A DNA stretch of 64,000 bases from assembly GCA_965216755.1 (NCBI GenBank), contig CBDCGL010000011.1, forward strand, positions 2,944,001 to 3,008,000. Reading direction: 5' to 3'. The position numbers and the translations under genes are program-made. Below the pieces are notes generated by a model, which saw nothing but the letters and a program-made list of their open reading frames with translations, made no database searches and had not been told where the DNA came from. Shown here in pieces: positions 39,296 through 49,031 of this stretch (position 1 is the stretch's first letter; every line of letters begins with the position of its first letter). The DNA comes from Alphaproteobacteria bacterium. Its GTDB lineage: Bacteria; Pseudomonadota; Alphaproteobacteria; UBA7887.

Positions 39296-41194
39296 TTACT
39301 CGAGGCCGGCGGCTTGTAGACCTTGGTCGAGAACGGCGCGATGCTCGGCGTCGACGAAATGAGCGGTGAACTGCTCAATGCGAAAAAACGGCCAGGCGGC
39401 GCGCACATCACGTGCGGCCGCCGCGGCGCGATCTTGTTCGCCGAGTTGGGCAAGGGTCGCGGCAAGAACCGCCGGCCGATAATATGGTGGCACGGAAGAA
39501 TCCTTGATCGCGCTGCGCTCAACGGCCTTGAGCGCGTCGGCAAAGTGACCTTCGACATAATGCGCGAGCGCCAAGTGGACCAGCCATCCGGTGCGCAGAT
39601 TCGGATCCAATTTCAAAGCCGTCTCGAGGGAGTCGATCGCGTGCGGGGCGTCGCCCATGTACAGGCGCACAGTGCCGCGCACCGCATGGCTTTCCGCATG
39701 ACTTGGATTGAGAATCACGGCACGATCGACACTATTTAAGGCGCCGGCATAGTCGCCCTTGCCCATCAGGGCCTCGCCCAGCAACCGATAGGCTTCGGCG
39801 TGGGTATCGTCGATGGCGATGGCCTCGCGCGCGAGTTCTTCGCTGCGGTTCAGGCTTGCCTCAAGAAACTCGGTCCAACCGCGCGAAAACGAGTCCTGGT
39901 ACACCTGCCCGAGCCCGACATACGCGCTGGCGTAGTTGCGATCCAGCGTCAGGGCTTGTTCGAAAGCCTTGCGCGCCTGTTCGTTCGCCGCGCGCGTATA
40001 TCGCGAAAGATAGGCCCAGCCATGCAACGCATAATCATAGGCTTCAAGGCTCTTGGTCGGCTTATCAAACGCGCGGTCTTGTTCGATCTTAGTCAATCGG
40101 CCGACCAACGTTGCCGCGACGCGTTGGGTAATTTCTTTCTGAACATTGAACACATCCGCCAGTTCGGCGTCGTAATCTTGCGACCAGAGCAGCAGACCGC
40201 GGCGCGCCTCGGTCAGCTCGACGCTGATCCGCAGGCGCTCGCCGCCGCGCCGGACGTTGCCTGTCAGCAGATACTGAACACCAAGTTTGGTTGCGACTCG
40301 GTCAAGGTCAACTTTGGTGCCCTTGTATTGACTGACCGCGTTGCTGGCGATCACCGCCAGATCGGGATAGCGCCCCAAAGCGCCGATGATATCTTCGGTC
40401 ACGCCATGGCTAAAATAAGCCTGCTCATCATCGCCGCGCATGTCCGCGAAGGGCAGCACCGCGATAAAGGTGCGATTTTCGATGTCACCGATGGTGGCGG
40501 CGGTGTGGGGAGGCGTGAATAGATCGAACACAGTGGGGCGAAGCGCCCAACCCGTAATCAATAGCGCGACAATGGCGGCGATCGCGGCCAGCGCGGTGCC
40601 GAAACGCCGCGGGAGTCGAGGCGTGGAGGTCCGTGGCGCGGCCGTGCCATCGATATCTATGCGATAAACACCCACCGGCTTGGCGATGTTCTTGACGGAT
40701 TTTTCGCCCAGGAAATCGAAACGCGCTTGGACGTGACCATCGACAAAATCGCGAACATTGTTGGACACGCAAATCCCGCCCGGGTCCGCCAGCGCTTCCA
40801 TGCGCGCCGCGATATTGACACCATCGCCATAGACAGTGCCGTCGTCCTGCTCAATCACGTCACCCAAATTGATGCCGATGCGAAACAGCATGCGCCGATC
40901 GGGGGGGAGCGCTTCGTTGCGGGCGCGCAAGTCGATTTGAATGCTGATGGCGGCACGCACCGCCTCGATCGCACTCGGGAACTCGGCCAGGATCGCGTCA
41001 CCGGCAAAGTTGACGATTCGCCCGCCATGGGCCTCAACATGGCCCTCGATTGCGGCCCGACGCGCGGTCAAGGCATGAAGCGTTGCCTCATCGTTGTCGC
41101 CCATCAAGCGTGAGTAGCCGACAACATCTGCGCTCATCAGCGCTGCGAGTTTCCGCTTGGTTTGGCGGCCGCGATCGTAGCTCTCTGATTTCAT
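39296..41194 (-). CDS. Class III adenylate/guanylate cyclase - TM - TolB-like - TPR protein (third paralog)
   Basis: Motifs ADVVGYS, FAGD, YGDGVNIAARME, IAVLPF and LWSQDYD, then TPRs. Confidence 0.92.
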   Translation of the reverse strand: MKSESYDRGRQTKRKLAALMSADVVGYSRLMGDNDEATLHALTARRAAIEGHVEAHGGRIVNFAGDAILAEFPSAIEAVRAAISIQIDLRARNEALPPDRRMLFRIGINLGDVIEQDDGTVYGDGVNIAARMEALADPGGICVSNNVRDFVDGHVQARFDFLGEKSVKNIAKPVGVYRIDIDGTAAPRTSTPRLPRRFGTALAAIAAIVALLITGWALRPTVFDLFTPPHTAATIGDIENRTFIAVLPFADMRGDDEQAYFSHGVTEDIIGALGRYPDLAVIASNAVSQYKGTKVDLDRVATKLGVQYLLTGNVRRGGERLRISVELTEARRGLLLWSQDYDAELADVFNVQKEITQRVAATLVGRLTKIEQDRAFDKPTKSLEAYDYALHGWAYLSRYTRAANEQARKAFEQALTLDRNYASAYVGLGQVYQDSFSRGWTEFLEASLNRSEELAREAIAIDDTHAEAYRLLGEALMGKGDYAGALNSVDRAVILNPSHAESHAVRGTVRLYMGDAPHAIDSLETALKLDPNLRTGWLVHLALAHYVEGHFADALKAVERSAIKDSSVPPYYRPAVLAATLAQLGEQDRAAAAARDVRAAWPFFRIEQFTAHFVDAEHRAVLDQGLQAAGLE

Positions 41195-41273
41195 GAATCT
41201 TTCCGAAGGGTGCCCGCTAGTCTACAATCAAACGCGTGATGGATGAAGCGCGTCAAAACGCGCGGCATCGAGG

Positions 41274-41831
41274 ATGGCTAATAGACTCCGGAGAACGATT
41301 ATCGCTTCGTTGCTAAAGACAGCGATCGGGCGCGTGTTCGTGGGGGCGATCGTAATCTTTGTGGCCGTGATCGCGGTTGTTCTTGTTTTCACGTGGGGGC
41401 CGGAAAGCGACGCCATCGAGAGCCCGTTTGTGGCATCGGTCTCAGGCGTCGCGATATCCGGCTATGACCCGGTCGCCTATTTTACCGAAGGTCGACCGGT
41501 GCAAGGGGTGGCCGAGCACGCGGTGATCTGGCGCGATGCGCGATGGCAATTCATGAACGCTGAGCACAAACGCATGTTCGAACAGAACCCTGAGCGTTTT
41601 GCACCGCAATTTGGCGGCTATTGCGCGGCCTGGATCGCCAGTTCGGGAGAACGGCTGCGGGCGGATCCCGAAGTGTGGACCATCGTCAACAACAAGTTGT
41701 ATCTGAATTTCGATGCGGCGATGCAGCACGAATTCGAAGCCAACGAAGGCACAAACATCTCTAGAGCTGAACGCAATTGGACGGCGCTCGTGCAAAAAGA
41801 GATGCAGCAGACCGACGACGCGGGAAGATGA
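41274..41831 (+). CDS. YHS domain-containing protein (Cys form of the YHS selenoprotein family)
   Basis: Motifs GYDPVAYF, PQFGGYCA and ADPEVWTIVNNKLYLN. Confidence 0.85.
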   Translation: MANRLRRTIIASLLKTAIGRVFVGAIVIFVAVIAVVLVFTWGPESDAIESPFVASVSGVAISGYDPVAYFTEGRPVQGVAEHAVIWRDARWQFMNAEHKRMFEQNPERFAPQFGGYCAAWIASSGERLRADPEVWTIVNNKLYLNFDAAMQHEFEANEGTNISRAERNWTALVQKEMQQTDDAGR

Positions 41832-41917
41832 CTCCGCATTGCCTGCGTGGCTATGATCGACGCTGAGGTGGAGCGCGCTGGCGATCGACAGCTGTGGTTC
41901 CGGAAAGGGTTAGAGAT

Positions 41918-42382
41918 ATGAGAGTTGCGGCGCCGTTCGAACCTGGCATCTCGGTGGTCGATCTTGACCGCACTGTCGCGTTTTATCGTGATGTGCTGGG
42001 CTTGTCGGTCTACAACATTCTCGATGTGCCGCCTGAGAAAAGCGCGCCGCCGGGGCTCGCGGCTAACGGTTATCGAATCGCCCGCTTGGAGACCAGCGAT
42101 GGCCAGCGTCTCAAATTCGCCCAGCCGACCAATCCGCCCGCGTCCGCCAGCACGCGGGACCATGTGCTGGACCGTCAAGGCGGCCCGTGGATCACGTTCA
42201 TTGTCGAGGACCTCGCGGCTCTGGTTGCGCGTCTGAAGGCCGCCGGCGTGCCCTTATTGTCCGCGGAGACTTTCGAAGTTCGTTCGGGCGTCAACATTAT
42301 TTTCGGGCGCGATCCAGAGGGCAATTTTTTGGAATTCGTCGAATATGACGACATCACCAGCTATCGCCCCAAAAACGACTGA
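41918..42382 (+). CDS. VOC/glyoxalase family protein
   Basis: Motifs VVDLDRTVAFYRDVLG and RDPEGNFLEFVE. Confidence 0.88.
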   Translation: MRVAAPFEPGISVVDLDRTVAFYRDVLGLSVYNILDVPPEKSAPPGLAANGYRIARLETSDGQRLKFAQPTNPPASASTRDHVLDRQGGPWITFIVEDLAALVARLKAAGVPLLSAETFEVRSGVNIIFGRDPEGNFLEFVEYDDITSYRPKND

Positions 42383-42451
42383 AACACAAATACCGGCAAA
42401 CGTTTGCCCCTCTGTTGCCGACGCACACCCTTCGCGCGCCTGGCTGCTATA

Positions 42452-42550
42452 TTTCGGTGACAGTTTACTAAATACACAATATGGCGCACCTCCACCAGTT
42501 AGGCATGTAACATATAGTGTATTTAGTAAACTGTCACCGAAACACCGAAA
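42452..42550. repeat. Palindromic MITE/REP-like element, copy 1
   Basis: Perfect 26-bp inverted arms TTTCGGTGACAGTTTACTAAATACAC (42452-42477) and GTGTATTTAGTAAACTGTCACCGAAA (42517-42542), a 39-bp spacer, and a tandem CACCGAAA duplication at the right end. Confidence 0.9.
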
Positions 42551-42566
42551 TATGCATTGCGATGCA

Positions 42567-45365
42567 CTAAGCGACGGCGGCAGCCGACCGAGGCCGTGGG
42601 TCTTCGGCTTCTGCTGCCATGGCACCAAGCATTGCCGACAGTGCATCGAAGCTGACCGGTGGGCTGAACAAATAGCCCTGACATTGATCCGCGCCAAAGG
42701 TGGCGATGCGCTCGAAATGCTGCTCAGTCTCGATGCCCTCGATCACGACGCGCAAGCCCAAATCGTGCGCCATATTGATGGTCGAGCGTACGATCACGGC
42801 ATCGCCCGTATCATCGAGCAAGTGCGCGACGAAGCTCTTGTCGATCTTTAGTTCATCAACCGGCAGGCGCTTCAGATAGGACAGGGATGAATAGCCGGTC
42901 CCGTAGTCGTCGATCGACAGGCCGACGCCCAAATTGCGCAGGTCGTTCAGCACGGCCAAAGCCGCGTCTGGATCGTGCATGACGGCGCTTTCCGTCACTT
43001 CCAATGTTAAGAAGCGCGGATCAACTTTGTGATGTTGAAGCAGGTGCTGCAATCGAACGACGATTTGCGGATCGAGGAGGGTTCTGGGCGACAGGTTGAT
43101 TGCGGCTTCCAGCGCCAAGCCCTGCCCGTGCCATTTGGCCAAGTCGCTCAACACGGTTTCCAAGGTCCACCGGGTCAGCGGCTCGATCAGGCCTGTCTGT
43201 TCAGCATGGATGATAAATTGTTCCGGCGCGACCGGGCCGTGGGTATCATGGGTCCAACGTGACAATGCCTCAACGCCTTTGATCCGGCGGCTCTGAACGT
43301 CGATCTTGGGCTGATACGCTATATCCAGCAGGCCGCTTTCGATGGCCCGGCGCAGTTCACCGGTCAGTGTCAGGAAGCGCATGCTGTTGTGATCCAAATC
43401 CGCATCGTAGCCGGCAATGGTCAACTGCTGACCCTTGGCGATGTACATGGCGACATCTGCGCACTGCAACAGTCTGGTCGCGCTGGTCGCATGTTCCGGG
43501 TACACGGCAACGCCGACACTGCCGCTGATGTCGAGATCCAGGCTGGCGACATTAAATGTCGGCACAAGGCTGTCGACAAGATCTTGCGCGATCTGCCAGG
43601 CGCGCGCCGAGTCGCAGGGTGGCGGCAAGGCCACGGCGAATTCGTCACCACCCAGGCGGCCAATAATGTGCCCCGCCTTAAGTACCGATTGCAGTCGCTC
43701 CGCGACCTGGCGCAACAGTGAATCGCCGATGTGATGGCCGAGCGTATCATTGATATCTTTGAACCGGTTCAGGTCAATCAACAACAACGCCATCGATTCA
43801 CTGCGGGCCTCGGCCGCCACGATCGCTTCGTTGATACGTGTCAGCAGCAGGCGTCGGTTTGGTAAGCCGGTCAGGTCGTCGTGGGTCGCTTGATGTGAAA
43901 GACGTTCTTCGTGCCGTTTCCGTTCGGTGATGTCACGAACGATTGCGGTGACCAACTGTTCGTCCTCTAAGGTGACGTGGCTGATCGAAACTTCGGCGGG
44001 AAAGGTCGTGCCATCGTGCCGACAGGCGATGGTTTCGCGCGATCCCAATTCGGGAGCCGTGCCCGATCCCTGATCGAACGTGCTTGCGAGCTCGGGCAAC
44101 AGACGCTGGATTCGCTGTGCTTCGATTCCCTTGGTATGGCAAGCGAACAGACGGGCTGCCGCCGCATTGGCCGTTTGCACCGTGCCGTCTTGCCGGCATG
44201 TTAGTATGCCGTCGAAACTGCTCTCGACGACATTGCGCATTAACATATCGGCCTGTTGCAATCGCACGCCTTGAGCCAGCAAGGTGAGCGTTTGATCGTC
44301 AATGCGACGCGTCAAGCTGATCACAAACAAGGCAATGGTCAGCACCAGCGTGGGGCTCTGATCGACGATCACCGCGCCGGCCGATTGCATGATCACGCTA
44401 CCCAAGCCTACCACCAGCGGCACGGCGACGGCGATGACCAGCGCCCGCTTCCACGGCCACCGGTCCATGCGATAGGGCAGCAACACCGTCAGCAAGGCCA
44501 GCAGTGCGAAGATCGAAATGGCATGAATGGGGCGCAACGCGCGGCCTGTCACCAGTGATTCGAAACCGAGTGCATGGACAAAAACGCCGCTCAGCGCCCG
44601 ATGAACGGGCACGGCAATCACGTCCTGCAACTCGATCGCCGTCGCGCCAACCAATACCACTTTGTCTTCAAAGGCATCCGGCGCAAAATTGCCATGCAAA
44701 ACATCTATGAACGACACGATTGGGATTGCGTCGACATCGATGCCGTAGTCCAAATAAAACGAAGGCCGTTGATCGACATTGGCCAGTTCCGCCGCCATCG
44801 ACGGCATGGCGCCCAGCGGCGAGCTTTCCCACACGCGCATGGTCCGGACCAGACCGTCGCCCGCCGGCTGCACGTTGATCGACGCCAACCGGGTATGCTG
44901 GCGAAAGCGCTGCAGCGGGCGAACGAAAGTCATAGCTGGTCCGTCGGCGCTATCGACGACATGCTTGAACACCGGCAAGATTACACGGCCGGGATTGGCC
45001 GCGAGTGCGCGTTCGAATGCGGCGTCATCTGTGGCCCCGGACGACGCACTGAAATCAACGTCAAAGCCGATATCGCGCGCGCCTGCGCCGAGCAAGGCCT
45101 CGACAAGCTGGGCGTGATAGCGGCGCGGCCACGGCCATACATCAAGGGAGTCTAGGCTTTTGCGGTCAATGGCAACAACAACCAGATCGCCCGACGGGGC
45201 GTGTTGCGATAGCCGAAAGCGCAGATCTTCAAACGGCCGGTCAATAAAAGCAAGCGAACCGACCAAATACAACACGCCGGTTGCGCACAAGACCAGGCCG
45301 GCGGACAGCCAACGCCGTGTCCGCGACAGGGGTCCTACCGGCCGATTTATCAGTCCGCCCACCAC
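42567..45365 (-). CDS. CHASE2-PAS-GGDEF-EAL diguanylate cyclase/phosphodiesterase
   Basis: CHASE2 motifs WPWPR and DGLVR, 3 TMs, a PAS domain (VRDITERK), intact GGDEF, VEALSRW and DDYGTGYSS. Confidence 0.95.
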   Translation of the reverse strand: MVGGLINRPVGPLSRTRRWLSAGLVLCATGVLYLVGSLAFIDRPFEDLRFRLSQHAPSGDLVVVAIDRKSLDSLDVWPWPRRYHAQLVEALLGAGARDIGFDVDFSASSGATDDAAFERALAANPGRVILPVFKHVVDSADGPAMTFVRPLQRFRQHTRLASINVQPAGDGLVRTMRVWESSPLGAMPSMAAELANVDQRPSFYLDYGIDVDAIPIVSFIDVLHGNFAPDAFEDKVVLVGATAIELQDVIAVPVHRALSGVFVHALGFESLVTGRALRPIHAISIFALLALLTVLLPYRMDRWPWKRALVIAVAVPLVVGLGSVIMQSAGAVIVDQSPTLVLTIALFVISLTRRIDDQTLTLLAQGVRLQQADMLMRNVVESSFDGILTCRQDGTVQTANAAAARLFACHTKGIEAQRIQRLLPELASTFDQGSGTAPELGSRETIACRHDGTTFPAEVSISHVTLEDEQLVTAIVRDITERKRHEERLSHQATHDDLTGLPNRRLLLTRINEAIVAAEARSESMALLLIDLNRFKDINDTLGHHIGDSLLRQVAERLQSVLKAGHIIGRLGGDEFAVALPPPCDSARAWQIAQDLVDSLVPTFNVASLDLDISGSVGVAVYPEHATSATRLLQCADVAMYIAKGQQLTIAGYDADLDHNSMRFLTLTGELRRAIESGLLDIAYQPKIDVQSRRIKGVEALSRWTHDTHGPVAPEQFIIHAEQTGLIEPLTRWTLETVLSDLAKWHGQGLALEAAINLSPRTLLDPQIVVRLQHLLQHHKVDPRFLTLEVTESAVMHDPDAALAVLNDLRNLGVGLSIDDYGTGYSSLSYLKRLPVDELKIDKSFVAHLLDDTGDAVIVRSTINMAHDLGLRVVIEGIETEQHFERIATFGADQCQGYLFSPPVSFDALSAMLGAMAAEAEDPRPRSAAAVA

Positions 45366-45462
45366 GATCGCAACCTTCCTCGGCGCGGCCTATGCCCGTT
45401 GGCGAAAGACCAAAGCGCGCGGCCCGATTGGACTGGGCCACGTGCCCGCGACCCGAATGATC

Positions 45463-46434
45463 TCAGGTACCGTCACCACTATTGCCGCCATTGCCATTGC
45501 CGTTTCCTTGACCCCGGCCTTTGCCGTTGCCGCCGGCATTCGAATGCGGTGGCGGGCCGCCCGCATGGGCGGGTTTGGCGCCGTGGGCCATGCCGATACC
45601 GGCACCAGGACCGCTGTCCGCACCGCTGTTGACGCCCAGTGCATTCTGGACCGCGGCGGCGAGACCGCCGGGTGTCGAAACGGCGCTCTCGCGATCAATC
45701 GAGCCCATCACTGGTGCACCGTTGCTGGCGAGGCCGCCTGTTGCGGCCGCAACGTCGAGGTCCGTTTGGCCCATGGTTTTGCCCAGCCCGCGGGAATCGG
45801 CGTTGGGCCCGGGACCGCCATCATCGGACTGGTCCGACCATGCACCCGGCGATCCGGCACGGTTACCGGAAACGCCGACACCGCGTCCGGCGTCGGAGAC
45901 CGTCGCCGTTTGGCCCGGACGGACCATCTGAACATCTCCGGTCAAGGGTGCGCTGACTTCGACCGCGCCATGCATCACGTGCACGGCGGCACCGACGCTG
46001 TCGACGCTGACCGAGAAGCTGGTACCTTTGACCACGGCGGCCAGATATGGCGTTTGCACTTCGAAATGCTGTTGGGTGCGGCGTTGGATATCGAGAAGCA
46101 GTGTGCCGAGTCTTTGAAAGATGGTGGTCCGCTGTGACGTGCTATCCCCGGCAATTTCAATACGCGTGCCGGGCGCCAGCTCCATTCGAGACTCACCACG
46201 GACCAGCACGGCGCGGCTATGGGCGCCAGCGGTCACGGTGGCGCCCGTTGCGACCGTGTCACCCACTGTGAGCGCGACCTCTGCGCCGCCGAGGCTTGAA
46301 ACCACGTGCCCATTGGTCTCGTCGACCGTCCAGTCGGAGTCACCGGCCTGTGCCGGCTTGGCGCACACGGTGATCACGGCCAGCACCAACAGTGCCGGAA
46401 TTGCGGCCCATTTTGTGGCGAGCATCGTTCTCAT
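45463..46434 (-). CDS. Secreted FecR-domain protein with a Gly/Asn-rich tail
   Basis: Signal peptide; FEVQTPYLAAVVKGTSFSV, V..GAVEV and PGQ; tail GGNGKGRGQGNGNGNGG. GAGGAG ribosome-binding site. Confidence 0.88.
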   Translation of the reverse strand: MRTMLATKWAAIPALLVLAVITVCAKPAQAGDSDWTVDETNGHVVSSLGGAEVALTVGDTVATGATVTAGAHSRAVLVRGESRMELAPGTRIEIAGDSTSQRTTIFQRLGTLLLDIQRRTQQHFEVQTPYLAAVVKGTSFSVSVDSVGAAVHVMHGAVEVSAPLTGDVQMVRPGQTATVSDAGRGVGVSGNRAGSPGAWSDQSDDGGPGPNADSRGLGKTMGQTDLDVAAATGGLASNGAPVMGSIDRESAVSTPGGLAAAVQNALGVNSGADSGPGAGIGMAHGAKPAHAGGPPPHSNAGGNGKGRGQGNGNGNGGNSGDGT

Positions 46435-46770
46435 ATTGTCTCCTCGGCGCTGTCCGCGCGCATGGTCCCTCCCCGGTCCCAAGCTCGTGGTTAACAGAGA
46501 ATTAGGATGATTTGGCGGTAAACAAGGCGCGTTGGTCCACATGGACCCTTCCAATTCGTGACCACCGTCACCCCGGGGGCGATTGGCTTGTCGATCAGCG
46601 GCACGGCCCGCGGATCTCCTTCAGAATTGAACAAATCGAAAGGAAATGTGACCAAGATCACGGCGTTCTTCGCAACAGGGTCCGCGTTTGCAGATGCCGA
46701 CAAATTGCAGAAAATACGCGTCGCATTTTTTGCATATACGACATGCAGGCCGCGTACGGTTGTGTGTCTA

Positions 46771-48540
46771 ATGAACGCCGTGCGTGTCAAAGCCATGCGG
46801 CGTCGCGATGCGGCTTGTCGGCCCATTGTTGGCTGTTGTATTGCCATGGTCGCGGCGATTGGCGCATTGTTGGCGACAGACATTGGCGCGGTGTTTGCGC
46901 AAGCGTCGCCGTCCAATTCGGCCGATCCGGGCGAGATTCGGCGCCGCATCGAACAGCAGCAACTGCCCCAGCCACGGCGCAGCGCCGATCCGGGGCGTCG
47001 CATCGACCTGTATGGTCGGCCGCCGGTCGATATCGCGCCGCGCTGGATGACGCCCGACATCGAACCCCTGTCATTTGTGCTTGCCGCCGTCGTGATCGAC
47101 GGTGCCACGGTATTTTCGCCGGAAGACTTCCGGCCACTTTACGGGCCGCATATGGCCAAACAGATCCGCGATCGTGAGGTCGAAGAGATCCTGGCCGCGA
47201 TCACGGCGCTCTATCGTGACAATGGCTATTTCCTGTCCCGCGCGGTCGCGGCACCGCAGCCGCTCGACCACGGCGTCTTGCGGATTTCGGTGATCGAGGG
47301 CTATGTCAGCCATGTCAGTTTCGACGGGACCGTGCCAGACATGAGCCGGCTCCACCGCATCGCGGCAAAAATGGTCGGCGAGCGGCCGAGCCGACGCGCG
47401 ACATTCGAACGGGCCCTCTATCTGATCAACGATTTGCACGGGCTCTCCGCCGAAGCGGGCTTCACCCCGCATGACGACGACCCGCAGCAGTTCGCAGCGA
47501 CATTTGCCATCGAGCACGATGTTGTCGACGCGGCAGCAGCGATCGACAATCGGGGCACCCGGGCCGTTGGGCGCGACCAGGCCTGGTTGATCGGCGGCCT
47601 CAATGGCGCGTTCGGCCACAGCGAACGTCTGCAATTGCGGTTCTCATCCGTGCCGAGCGCGCCGCGCGAGCTGCTCTTTCTGGAGCTTCTCTATGATCAG
47701 CCCATCGGTGCCGCGGGGACCAGTTTGAGTGCGACCGCGTCGGCCAGCCAGGTCGACGCCGGCGCGGACCTCGCGTTGCTCGAAACCGAAAGCGAATCTC
47801 AATTTATCAGTGTCGGCCTGTCACATCCGTTGATCCGTTCGCGCCGAGAGACACTTTGGCTATCGGGGGCGCTGGAATATCTCGATCTGCGCGAGGAGCG
47901 CCTGGGTCTCCTGAATTTCGAAGATCGTGTTCGATCGGCCCGGTTGGCGCTGCGCTATGTGCGTGACGATGATTTTGACGGTACCACCAGCACAAATTTA
48001 AGCATCGGCCAGGGCCTCGACGTGTTCGGCGCTTCCAAACCCCGCGCCGCCGAATTGTCGCGCCCCGATGGCCGCAGCGATTACACGACGTTCGTCGGCG
48101 AAATCCGTCGTGACCAACATATTTTTGACCAGCTTTATCTTCACCTTGCGGCAACCGGACAACGGTCGACGACGCCGTTGCTGACTTCGGAGGAGTTCGC
48201 CGTCGGTGGCGCCGTCTATGGCCGTGGCTACGATGTCTCCGAGATCGTCGGTGAGCATGGCGCTGCCGCGATGACCGAGCTGCGCTACGGCTGGGAGGTC
48301 AATAGCCGTTGGCTGCAAGCCCTGGAACTGTTTGGGTTCTACGATATTGGCGCGGTCTGGAACGATGGCGATGGCGGTACCACGCGAACGTCCCTGGCCT
48401 CGGCCGGTGGCGGTGTGCGGGTATTGTTTGATCCGTGGGTTTATTTGTCGATTGAACTGGCACAGCCACTGACCCTGACCCCAGGCAACGAGGGCGACAA
48501 GGACCCACGCGTCTTTTTCTCCGTGTCCAGTCGCTTCTAA
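46771..48540 (+). CDS. ShlB/FhaC/HecB (TpsB-like) POTRA-beta-barrel outer membrane protein
   Basis: POTRA motifs (ITALYRDNGYFLS, VIEGYV), DNRG, loop-6 YGRGY, FYDIGAVW, SAGGGVR and terminal Phe. Start uncertain. Confidence 0.9.
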   Translation: MNAVRVKAMRRRDAACRPIVGCCIAMVAAIGALLATDIGAVFAQASPSNSADPGEIRRRIEQQQLPQPRRSADPGRRIDLYGRPPVDIAPRWMTPDIEPLSFVLAAVVIDGATVFSPEDFRPLYGPHMAKQIRDREVEEILAAITALYRDNGYFLSRAVAAPQPLDHGVLRISVIEGYVSHVSFDGTVPDMSRLHRIAAKMVGERPSRRATFERALYLINDLHGLSAEAGFTPHDDDPQQFAATFAIEHDVVDAAAAIDNRGTRAVGRDQAWLIGGLNGAFGHSERLQLRFSSVPSAPRELLFLELLYDQPIGAAGTSLSATASASQVDAGADLALLETESESQFISVGLSHPLIRSRRETLWLSGALEYLDLREERLGLLNFEDRVRSARLALRYVRDDDFDGTTSTNLSIGQGLDVFGASKPRAAELSRPDGRSDYTTFVGEIRRDQHIFDQLYLHLAATGQRSTTPLLTSEEFAVGGAVYGRGYDVSEIVGEHGAAAMTELRYGWEVNSRWLQALELFGFYDIGAVWNDGDGGTTRTSLASAGGGVRVLFDPWVYLSIELAQPLTLTPGNEGDKDPRVFFSVSSRF

Positions 48541-48793
48541 CGCGCGCGCTGGACGTAAGATATATCCCCCGAATCAATGACTTGTGCGGATAGACCCAAA
48601 GCCGGCGCCGCGCCTGTGGCTGGCCTGCAACGGCCGTCTCGCAAGGCGCTGGCGCGCGCCACAAAATCGCATGGCGATTTCACCACAATGTCGTGCAGGG
48701 CATTTTAGCCTAGAACTTGCGCATGAACGCAAGACCCGCCGCTTCGGGAACCCCAGGTGAGCACCAGTCTCGGGGAGCGGTCGATAGAACAAT

Positions 48794-48943
48794 ATGGAAA
48801 GCCTAGTCATGCTACGAACAATCGTATTTTTGGGTGTCCCTCTCATTGCCCTCTGCGTCACGCTTGCCGGCTCGCCCGAATTGGGTGTGGTGACGGCCGT
48901 CACCGGCGGCGGCTGGCTGTGGGCGACGCGCGGAACCGTTTAA
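48794..48943 (+). CDS. Possible 49-aa small membrane protein
   Basis: MESLVMLRTIVFLGVPLIALCVTLAGSPELGVVTAVTGGGWLWATRGTV, a hydrophobic hairpin in a 490-bp gap. Confidence 0.4.
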   Translation: MESLVMLRTIVFLGVPLIALCVTLAGSPELGVVTAVTGGGWLWATRGTV

Positions 48944-49031
48944 CCGGCGGGTTCGGAACGCGTGTACAAATACGTCGCTGTGGCTATTCGCGGCATTTCA
49001 GTCGCGGATAGCCATGGCCTCCCACGGGCGG

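Noticed and set aside
41274-41831. Selenoprotein
   Set aside because: The GGYC position is TGC (Cys) and the ORF has no in-frame TGA.
42452-42550. CRISPR repeat-spacer unit
   Set aside because: The repeats are inverted rather than direct and occur as isolated pairs. No cas genes are present.
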